Positions 54,285 to 64,000 of a stretch of 64,000 bases of DNA are shown here, piece after piece. The number at the start of each line of letters is the position of its first letter. Within the stretch, counting starts at the first letter, position 1. Location of the stretch: the NCBI RefSeq assembly GCF_001194135.2, contig NC_068982.1, positions 38,033,933-38,097,932 of the forward strand. Direction: 5' to 3'. Made by a program: the position numbers and the translations under genes. The notes below the pieces were generated by a model. The model worked only from the letters and a program-made list of their open reading frames with translations. It was not told the origin of the DNA and searched no databases. The DNA comes from Octopus bimaculoides. Its lineage: Eukaryota.

Positions 54285-55772
54285 ATAAAACTTAAAAAAG
54301 AGGAAAAGAAAGGGAGAGGGGAAGGGGAGAAGGGCGGTAGAATGGATGGAGAGGAGAATAATGGGAGGAGGAGTGAGTGACTAAGAGAGAAGGAAAGAAA
54401 AAGGGAATGGAGGGGGAGAGAGGTAGAGGAAGGAATAGCATGTTGAAAGAAATAAACTCTGAACCCAATTATGGAAAGTAAGAAATTCTCTGGGTCAGTC
54501 AAATGGTTTTTACTCTATTGGACAACATGATGAGAAGAATCAACTCCCATGGATTTAATAAAGAAGGTTTCACTTTAAAATTCTGGGAACATTGCCAAAT
54601 AGAACAAGCATGTAAAGAAGGCCTGAGAGTACACTGGACAAAACCTTGTGACCTATAAGAACAAAGATGAGGACTCCAGTTTGAGTGCACCAGTCTAAAA
54701 CATATATTTAGTCTCACCATGAAAATAGATCTTATGAAGAAACCATAAACAGTTTGAAGTGAGGGTTAAATATAATGTGTATGACTTTTGTATACATTAT
54801 ACATATTATATGTAATAGAAAAGGGTATACAATTCTTTTCTTTTTTGTCTTTCCTGTGTGTTTTACTTTGAACTATATCTGTAGCAGACTAGATTTGATG
54901 TGCAATATCAATTCGATATGAGGTAGCCCACTACTAAATGTAGCATATAGATGTAACATTTTAAGGTTCTCGTGTCGGAGTAACCAGTGAACATCGAAAA
55001 ATTAACTCCAAGAAGGAAGAAATGTTATTTACATATATTTATTTGTTTACCCAACAGGTTGTTACAGAGACATTAGCAATTCTAGTGATAGTGACGACAA
55101 GGATGACTCGCTAGTTAGTAGTTGATATGTAGAAAAAGGTTGTCTGTCAGTAGAGAGGGAAAGAGTAAGGCAGTCATGGTGCTGACTAGAAAGGAAGAAA
55201 CGATAAAGGTGGCATCACCTTTCTTATGGTCAAAAGCCTCTCTTAGCATGTCAAGCAAAGGTCAAAAGACTGACCTTTCCTTGACCAGTACAGGTCCTAG
55301 GGGATGGAGTGTTTCCTCATCAATCATCTAGTGTGGAGGATTTCCCGCTTGTTTTGATAAGCAACAAGCTGGTGGGTTTGGTTTCAAATCTCAGGCAGAG
55401 TCAAGCTAGACCCCCACATATCTAACTATATTGCTACTGTATCAATGTCTACCTCTTTTATTTTTAGTTCCTTGCTTTATAAACTTTACTTTTACTCCAA
55501 TTTTATGTTATCATAAAATCATTGGTCCCTACTCAAAAAATCTCACTTCTTTTGTTTTTTTCTTCGTTTTTTCCCCCAATACATTAGAGATATAACTGAC
55601 GTACGTGAAATAACAAAGGAATTTCCAAGTGATGCTGTCTATGATTTGAAGTAAGTTACTTTTTATATTATCCCAAATTTGTTTGTAAATTATTCTTTAA
55701 ATAACTCTGCATACTTTTCTCATGTTACAAAAGTAAACAAGTAAACAGGTGTTTTTGATAGTTGTATGTGTG

Positions 55773-55836
<64 letters not shown>

Positions 55837-56905
55837 GATATAGAGGTTATGAGAGGTAATGGTGTCAATAGGACCCAAAGGTGTCAGGTAATGCTGAGTA
55901 AGTGCTATGGACAGACTATAGTTAAGCTCCAGTTTCGGTACACACATACATACGGACACACACACACACACGTATACACACATACATACAAACATACATA
56001 CATACACATATGTATATATATTATATTACCTATGCCAGCATGGAAAAAGTATGTTATATGATGATGTGCTTATATATATATATATATTGTTTTGTTTCTC
56101 ATTTTGGTTCCTTTGATCAAATAATCAATAACAATGGAAGTTTCCAGTCATGCTGCTTCAACATCACTCTTCCCATTTTTTTAAAGATCTTTTGTTATTA
56201 CTCCAAACACTGCCAACTACTAGTGATTGCTCAAATATCTCTTGTCCTCTATTTTGGGCACTTGTCTCAATCCATCTCTTCTGAGCCCATATAAGGTTGC
56301 TCTGTGTCATTTAATGAAAAGTTTATGTCCAGTGGTCTGTACTGATAACTTTCTAAGTATTTAGAGCTGGTTTACAGAAAATGGATTACATTAGAAACAG
56401 TTAAATGTTAGCTGAACGTTATGTGAGTTGTATTAAAGATGAGAACAAAAAGCCTTTAAAGGTAAGTTTTAAAAAATAACCACCTTTTTAAGATAAGGAA
56501 ATATAATTACAGATATACATGGAAAGCTTTAGACATTCAGTTAAAAATGATGTAGTGAATAATTTATTCTGTGTATGGAACAGATAAGTGGAATGAATAG
56601 CAGAACAAAAAACTGAATTTAATAATTAAAATTTGTTTCTCATTTATGAGAAAATAAGGTAAAATTTTAGGGAATACAGCCAAAACCATGTGTGAAGACG
56701 GGAGTATTTAGATTTTGGAGGCATGGCTGTGTGGTTAAGAAGCTTGCTTTGTAACCAAGTATTTTTGGGTTCAGTCCCACTGTGTTGCATGTTGGATAAA
56801 TGTCTTCAACTATCACCCCGACCTGACTAACGGCTGTTGAGTGAATTTGGTAGACAGAAACTGTGTGAAAACTCATTGTACATATATATACGTATATATA
56901 TGTAT

Positions 56906-57064
56906 GGAGTGGTTGGCGTTAGGAAGGGCATCCAGCTGTAGAAACTCTGCCAGATCAGATTGGAGCCTGGTGTAGCCATCTGGTTTCACCAGTCCTCAGT
57001 CAAATCGTCCAACCCATGCAAGCATGGAAAGCGGACGTTAAATGATGATGATGATGATGATGAT
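56906..57064 (+). mobile_element. Short young RTE 3'-end copy in (TA)n
   Basis: Near-identical to 7249-7410; (GAT)n tail. Confidence 0.82.
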
Positions 57065-57181
57065 ATATATATATATATGTATATATATATACATACACAC
57101 ACACACGCACATATAATTGTATGCATGTATGTAGTTATATCTATATGTAAATGTATATGTATATGTATATCTATATATATC

Positions 57182-57233
<52 letters not shown>

Positions 57234-57234
57234 T

Positions 57235-57560
57235 ATGGTGGTAATGTGAGCCTCATGGAGGTAATGACTAGTGACTGAGACCTTTGGCAATATGCTGTGC
57301 TTGAGAACACCTGTCAAACCAAGCGAAATCATTGTTGTGGCTGCAGTCAGTGTCATGCAACTGGTACCCTGTGCCAGTAGTACGCAAAAGCACCCATTAC
57401 ACTCTCAGAGTGGTTGGTGTTAGGAAGGGCATCCTGCTATAGAAACCGTGTTAAATCAGACTGAAGTCTGGTGCAGCCCCTCAGCTTACCAGCCCTGGTC
57501 AAACTGTCCAGTCCTTGCCAGCATGGACAATGGACATTAAATATTGATGATGATGATGGT
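57235..57560 (+). mobile_element. RTE ORF2 end plus 3' UTR
   Basis: gagcctcatggaggtaatgactagtgactgagacctttggcaatatgctgtgcttgag matches the ORF2 C-terminal DNA. Confidence 0.75.
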
Positions 57561-57574
57561 GATATCTTTTATCT

Positions 57575-57962
57575 CTTACTTGTTTCAATCATTAGACTGC
57601 GTCCATACTGGGGCACCACTTCGAAGGGTTTCAGTTGAAGAAATCAACCCCAGGACTTATTCTTTGTTTTTTCTTTTAAGCCTGGTCACCTTTTGCTGAA
57701 CTGCTAAATTACAGGAATGTAAACACACCAACACTGGTTGTCAAACAGTGGTGGGTGACAAACACAGACATAAAGACACACACACACATAGATATATACA
57801 TATATGCAATGGGCTTCTTTCAGTTTCTGTCTACCAAATCCATTCACAAGGTTTTGGTTGGTCAGAGGCTATAGTAGAAGACATTTGCCCAAGGTGCTAT
57901 GCAGTGGGACTGAACCTGGAACCATGTGATTGGGAAGCAAGCTCCTTACCACACAGCCATGC
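57575..57962 (-). mobile_element. SINE family A, full copy
   Basis: Colinear with 36771-37196. Confidence 0.82.
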
Positions 57963-57964
57963 CT

Positions 57965-58617
57965 AAACACCTACATTGCTAGAAATAAGAGCTAAAATGC
58001 TCTAATGATGTAGTTAACGCACACAATTACATACATATATACTGACAGGGACTGTAATCATCCAAAAACATCGTTTGAAAATTCTTTATACTGACAATCA
58101 GTTTCGGCAGTTTCTGTTGTCTCATCAGTAAGGACTGGCTCAACCTTAGTAGTTTTCAGACTTTATTCTCTATCAGTATATATGTTTTCATCATAGAAAT
58201 CTATGGATGATTCAATGGATTGCTAATGTGTACACAGAAAATTAATGTAGACAGTAGTTTACAATGTTTCACCGAAAAGGAAAACTATAATCATCACTAA
58301 ATGTGACTAGGGTGTTAGAAACACTTATATTGCTAGAAATAAGAGCTAAGATGCTCTAATGTTGTAGTCAAAGCATATAATTGTATACATATATACTGAT
58401 AGGAACTCTAATCGTCCAAAAACACTGTTCAAGAAATCCTTATACTCTATGGGAGATTTAGCAAATCATTAATGTGTTTTTGGATGATTACAGTCCCTGT
58501 CAGTATATATATATGTATACAATTATGTACTTTGACTGCAGCATTAGAGCATTTTAGCTCTTATTTCTTGCAATGTAGGTGTTTTTAACACCCTAGTCAC
58601 ATTTAGTGATGATTATA
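57965..58617. mobile_element. Penelope-like pLTR composite: direct repeat plus inverted copy, containing a hammerhead ribozyme
   Basis: 57965-58095 is repeated at 58319-58446; arms 58286-58410 and 58474-58617 are inverted; the hammerhead lies at the end of the first unit. Confidence 0.65.
58083..58134 (-). ncRNA. Type I hammerhead ribozyme
   Basis: Minus strand: UCCUUA CUGAUGA GACAACAGAAACUGCC GAAA CUGA UUG UCAG UA UAAAGA. All core residues are present. Stem III is 5 bp, stem II is closed by G-C with one mismatch, stem I pairs 5 of 6, and the cleavage triplet is GUA. Confidence 0.8.
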
Positions 58618-58619
58618 TA

Positions 58620-59410
58620 TACATGCCACTGGCATGTAAAAGTCAATCAAGCATGACATAATGCCAAAGGTCTTGATCATTGCCTCTATGAGGCCCAACT
58701 CTTGAAAGGAACTCAGCCACTTTGCCTCCGTGAGGCCAAACACTCAAATGAACCTCAGCCACCTTACCTCTGTGAGGTCCAACACTTGAAAGGAACTCAG
58801 CCGCTTTGCCTCCATGAGGCCTAATGCTCAAAAGGAACTCAGCCACTTTGCCTCTGTCAAGCCCAACGATCGAAAGAAACTCAGCCACTTTGCCTCTGTG
58901 AGGCCCAACGTTCAAAAGATGTTCTTTATGTGCCACCAGCATGGGTGCACTTGGCTTGATGGGTCCTCTCAAGCACAGCACATCTCCAAAGGTCTCGGTC
59001 ACCTGTCATCAGCCTAATCTTATTCTCACAGCTACGCTCTTGGAGCATCTACCTCCACTACCAACTTGAAAGCTATCTACTACCTCTAGCTTGCCCACCT
59101 GGCAGCTGATGGAGTCTATTTTCTTTGCATTTTCAGCATTTATTGTATCTGTGCTCCTTCTACATACAAAAGTTAATTTCTCTGTTAACCTTCCTCTGAT
59201 GTTGCTGCACCTTTTATGAATCCAAAGCTTACATTAGGTGCATCTTATGGCGTTTCTACCTACACCTTTTCTACAGATTGAGCAGAGCCATATACTTGAA
59301 TGAATTTGTGATTTGTCTGCCTTCCTACTTTTTAAGACTTTGGTTTTTGCTAGGTTAACTCTAAGGCCCTTTGATTCATGACCTTGCTTCCATACCTGGA
59401 ACTTCTTTTT
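58620..59410 (-). mobile_element. RTE LINE fragment (end of RT region, internal deletion, repeat-expanded 3' region)
   Basis: WKQGHESKGLRVNLAKTKVL...CSICRKGVGRNAIRC and KLEVVDSF motifs on the minus strand. Confidence 0.85.
58682..58915. repeat. 42-bp tandem array, about 5.6 units
   Basis: Units start at 58682, 58724, 58766, 58808, 58850 and 58892 (gcctctgtgaggcccaac.cttgaaaggaactcagccacttt). Confidence 0.9.
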
Positions 59411-59424
59411 ATATATACTTATAT

Positions 59425-59772
59425 ATGCATTGCCAGTGCCGCCTGACTGGTCCCATGCTGGTGGCACATAAAAAGCACCATCCAAGCATGGTCATTGCCA
59501 GTGCTGCCTGACTGGCTCCCATGCCGGTGGCATGTAAAAAGCACCATTCAAGTGTGGTCAATGCCAGTACCGCCTGACTGGCCCTCGTGCTGGTGGCATG
59601 TAAAAAGCACCCACTACACTCTTGGGGTAGTTGGTGTTAGGAAGGGCAATCCAGCTGTAGAAACTTTGCCAGATCAGATTGGAGCCTGGTGCAGCCTTCT
59701 GGCTTGCCAACCCTCACTCAAACCATCCAACCCATGCTAGCATGGAAAGCGGACGTTAAACAACGACGATGA
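59425..59772 (+). mobile_element. RTE 3' UTR copy with three tandem units of about 65 bp
   Basis: tgccagt.c.gcctgactgg units near 59431, 59496 and 59563, then the standard 3' terminus. Confidence 0.78.
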
Positions 59773-60267
59773 GTGAAACAGAGACAGGCAGAAGCAGGAA
59801 AAATGCCGCTGTTACTTGAATACTATACAAATATGTCTTTAAAAAGACTTTTCTTTTAAATTTACCAAAATTTAATTTTTCAATAATTTTTAAAAAATAT
59901 ATTATTCATATTTACTGTTGAAAAGATCTCAAGGATCGAAACTGGTTCTNNNNNNNNNNNNNNNNNNNNNNNNNNNNNNNNNNNNNNNNNNNNNNNNNNN
60001 NNNNNNNNNNNNNNNNNNNNNNNNNNNNNNNNNNNNNNNNNNNNNNNNNNNNNNNNNNNNNNNNNNNNNNNNNNNNNNNNNNNNNNNNNNNNNNNNNNNN
60101 NNNNNNNNNNNNNNNNNNNNNNNNNNNNNNNNNNNNNNNNNNNNNNNNNNNNNNNNNNNNNNNNNNNNNNNNNNNNNNNNNNNNNNNNNNNNNNNNNNNN
60201 NNNNNNNNNNNNNNNNNNNNNNNNNNNNNNNNNNNNNNNNNNNNNNNNNNNNNNNNNNNNNNNNNNN

Positions 60268-60303
<36 letters not shown>

Positions 60304-60805
60304 CATGTATATACACATGCATATATATGCACACACACACACATATTTATATATATATACACATATATTCGTGTATGTCCAATTGGTGTTGGTTTGTTTA
60401 TGTCACCATAACACTGTGATCTGGCAAAAGAGATTGATAGGTACATCACTTAAAAAATAAGTACTGGGGTCATTTTGTTTGACCCGACCCTTGTTGTAGT
60501 ATGGCAACAGTCTAATGACTGAAATAACTAAAAGATAATGATAAAGGATAGAATTTGTGACAAAAATGCTTGGTTGAAACATGGAAATTAACTTTCTAGA
60601 TAATTTTGGTAAATACTTTACTAATGTCTCGTTTTTAGTAATAATTTTGCTTATGGCTAAAAAGTTTTAGATTGTGAAGGCTTTTCTTTGTGCATGTTTA
60701 CTTTTAATTATAATTTACCCCAGAAATATTACTTTGGCCAAAAGAAGTATGTAAACTATTGTTCACATTAGGATCAATGTTAATTATTAATCTTGAAAAT
60801 TATAG

Positions 60806-60878
60806 AACATATGGGAAATTGACAAGGCAATTTTCTATGGATGAAAATGATGATGGTTTTGAAATAGAGCAGATGAAG
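60806..60878 (+). CDS. AXDND1: AXDND1-like coding exon (TYGKLTRQFSMDENDDGFEIEQMK); 5' boundary uncertain
   Basis: Donor AAG|gtaaga. The acceptor aattatag at 60805 is the only one in this open frame with phase 2, matching the 46823 donor. DDGFEIEQMK resembles recalled EDLYEVDKLK. Confidence 0.68.
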
Positions 60879-61078
60879 GTAAGAGGAAGAAAATTTCCTG
60901 AGCAAAACATTAAATATTTGTTACCAGCAGGACAATCCAGGATAAAATGAGATTAGTGGGCATGGCTGACTGGATTTTGAATCTGTTGTGGCAATGGCTT
61001 TTTTGGCAGCAGTACTTTTTGGCACTGAAAGCAAACATATATGCATGCAGAAAAATACACATACAGATAGATAGATAA

Positions 61079-61203
<125 letters not shown>

Positions 61204-62296
61204 TGTCATTTAATACATCTCAATGTTTCTCTCTGATTATTCTGCTCAGCACCAAAATTTAAATTCACTGTCAGTTCTACTTTGTCAAAGATGTTCAAAA
61301 ATCCATTGTTTTGTCAATATTTCATCAGCCATCATATAGATAAAGTGAAACAAGAGTTGTTTAGTAGTTGTGATTATAAGTTAGTTGTCAGACTAGAATA
61401 AAAACAGACTTTTCACAGTGTCAAAAGGTCCTGGGGCAAAGTGTCTGATGTCAAATAAGTCAGCACTAAATCAATGGTGCCAAATGGGCAGGGCCAAAAC
61501 AGCTGTGACAAAATGTCTCAAACCCAACCCAAGAATATTTTATTTTTATCTTTCTAGTTAGGAAGAAAAGCAGTCCCTATGACCCTTTACGGAGCCTCTG
61601 AGACTTGTGGCAAGGAGGTATCTTCAGAGCACAGCTCTGACCTGAATGCTTTCAACAGAATAGACTCTGTTAAAGCCACTTTAGATACCAGGTAGTGGCA
61701 TTAAATGAGCCTTAGATTAAGTATGAACTCTCCCATCCCTTGTGGGGGAATAAAACTCAGAGTGCAAAAATCTAGAATGATGCAGCAAAACACTGGACTT
61801 GATATTCTTACAGCTCCTACAATCAATTGCCTTAAGTTGCTACTTTATTTATAGACCCTGAAGGAAAAAAGGTAAAGTTGACCTGAGTGTGATTTGAACT
61901 CGGAAAGTTGGAACAAATGCGCAAAGCATTCTATTTGATGCTCTTATAATTCTGCAAATTTGCCACCTAATAACTGCAAATTCCCTGTCTTTCCAACAAG
62001 CTTTTACATTTTCCTGTATCTATGAGTTATTTACATAAACATGTGGATATTGCTTATGTTTCTCATGTTCACAAGATATTTAAAACTGTATTTTCAGAAA
62101 TTATTCTGATGTTTATTTTTATCTGAAGAAAATATGATCTTTGATTTTCTTAAATATAATGTCTTAAAAAGAGTTTCTCTAAATGCTGTTAGTGATATAG
62201 CATAGGTTATGGTTAAATAGATAGTATAGTATTGAATATAGTGAAATAGTAAAGCTTTTATTGATATCTTTATGTTATATATGATCTTTTTTTTAG

Positions 62297-62497
62297 GTGG
62301 ACTGTGAGAAGTGGATATACTCAGCTAAATTATTACTTTCTGACATTCTCAAAGAGCCACTAATTCTTACATTTCCTAACGTTGAAAAACAACAGAGTAA
62401 AATAGAAAATTCATTTGCTGAAGATACTAACAAACCTGTAATATCAGAATGCTTAGAGAAATTAAATATTCCCAGAAAAGATGAAGGGAAAATGCAG
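62297..62497 (+). CDS. AXDND1: AXDND1-like internal coding exon (VDCEKWIYSAKLLLSDILKEPLILTF...GKMQ)
   Basis: Acceptor tcttttttttag, donor gtaatt; 201 nt, phase 0-0. Resembles recalled KECYEWINTCSCLLSNI. Confidence 0.82.
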
Positions 62498-63347
62498 GTA
62501 ATTATTTGATTAAAGCATTTTTATTATTTTAGTCATGCAGTTATAGGAGCAAGAATTAAGTTTCATTGCTTGATCAAAATTTTATGACTTTAACATCTAG
62601 AAATAGCTGTAGATAGAGCCCTAAGAAGAGAGTGGCTGGCACAGCATTTATTCCATGGTTTAAAATTGTTTCAACAATGTAGTGGGAAAGGTAGCAGATG
62701 AAATAGGCATGTGGACGACATCAAAGTAAAACAATGGGAAAACATTGGATTGTAGTTTAAATAATATATTCAAATGACACTTGCACCTACTTGTTGTATA
62801 CATCAAATATTTCACTACATCACATTACCAACTTATTTTGAGCTGGTGAAGAAGAAATTAACAGGGTAAATACTGTGTCGATATGACAGGGAAGAATCGG
62901 ACATGTGTGTGCATTGGTCATTCAGTGGTGTCTGTTTATGTTCTGCATCTGCTACTGTGTTGGGTCGTTCATGCTGAACATCTGGCTCTGTGTTGCCTGC
63001 TTAACTGGCAAATTTACTTGCTGGCTGTCTCGCCTTTGGCTATCTCTCTTTCAATGCCGTCCCTTGACGGATTGCTGTATTTATAATGGTTGTGACAGCT
63101 AGAAGGACAGACATACCACAGGATAAATTTCTACCTATGTAGGTCGCCTCCTTTCCACTTGAACCTTAAATGACATAACTGCAGTTGTAGGTTGCAGGGA
63201 AAAACCATCCATCACTTTTTGACAGGACAAAGAAATTTCTTTCACACCTGTTTGGCCAGTGGTGGATCAGACAAGTGAGAATCCTTATATTTGGTTTTGA
63301 ATCTCAGCTTGGAAAAAGGAAGTGTTAGTTTTTACAACAACATACAG

Positions 63348-63395
63348 ATGACAGATCAAACATCATGTATATAGACATGGCTGAGAACACTGAAG
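63348..63395 (+). CDS. Possible further AXDND1-like exon (SNIMYIDMAENTE)
   Basis: Donor GAAG|gtaaat; the peptide loosely resembles recalled IRFIGEDENV. Acceptor and phase link to the 62497 donor are unresolved. Confidence 0.3.
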
Positions 63396-63678
63396 GTAAA
63401 TGTAATACCATTGTCTCCATTCTTGGACTTACTCCATGTGCACTCTCATCACCACAGCTAGATGATTTTTATCTGCTACTGATATATTTATATTTTTATA
63501 CACAGCACATCCATAAGAGATACTATCTCCAAAAAAATATAGTTAATTTGGCTTCTTCTAATGTATTTACAGTGCACAAATAATAAATACTATGTCCGGA
63601 TGAATACAGTAGGAAGTTGGGCTTTTTGTAATATATTTTTATTAAGTATGATACACAAATGGCTATACATAGATACAT

Positions 63679-63713
<35 letters not shown>

Positions 63714-63769
63714 TGTATGTATATGACAAAGACAGTGATAATATAGTACCAATAGAATGATAATAATAT

Positions 63770-63805
63770 TTATAATAATAATAATATAATATGGTAATAA
63801 TAATG

Positions 63806-63859
<54 letters not shown>

Positions 63860-63860
63860 T
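63770..63860. repeat. (TAA)n microsatellite
   Basis: Directly visible. Confidence 0.95.
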
Positions 63861-64000
63861 GAACTGCTAACAAAACTTTACAACTATGTTTTGCAAAATC
63901 CTAGTTTGATGCCCTCTTGGCTAGTTAATGGTTTAACATTTCTGCTTCCAAAAAATGAGGAAACAAACGAACCAAAAAATTATCGATCCATAACCTGCTT

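Noticed and set aside
55058-55113. Strong acceptor followed by CYRDISNSSDSDDKDDSL
   Set aside because: The phase-2 reading required by the 46823 donor stops at TAG after five codons. It would need another unseen exon.
56412-56467. Perfect AAG|gtaagt donor
   Set aside because: All three frames are closed just upstream and there is no credible acceptor in a compatible phase.
58682-58915. Regularly spaced repeats as a CRISPR array
   Set aside because: Contiguous tandem units with no unique spacers, eukaryotic context, derived from RTE sequence.

Overview
AT-rich, microsatellite-laden eukaryotic genomic DNA with scaffold gaps (N runs near 7.5, 8.8-9.5, 13.9, 23.95, 28.3-28.9, 34.1-34.4, 49.7-50.3 and 60.0-60.3 kb). 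The repeat content (tRNA-headed SINEs, RTE LINE ends with (GAT)n tails, Penelope-type termini) points to an octopus genome; this is inference, not a search result. The whole window lies inside one + strand multi-exon gene. Twelve GT-AG exons (1768-62497) join in phase into a protein resembling the middle part of axonemal dynein light chain domain-containing protein 1 (AXDND1; similarity recalled from memory, not BLASTed). Start and stop codons lie outside the window. The introns (largest 21.5 kb and 14 kb) hold two SINE families, RTE fragments, mariner, maT (DD37D), pogo-like and hAT (Buster/Charlie) transposon relics, a Helitron-like element and a possible REL-endonuclease LINE end. The most notable observation is a nearly canonical type I hammerhead ribozyme on the minus strand at 58083-58134, inside a direct-plus-inverted repeat. 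Three further long intronic fold-backs occur, two with hammerhead-like cores. No prokaryotic features, CRISPR arrays, rRNA genes or true tRNA genes were seen.
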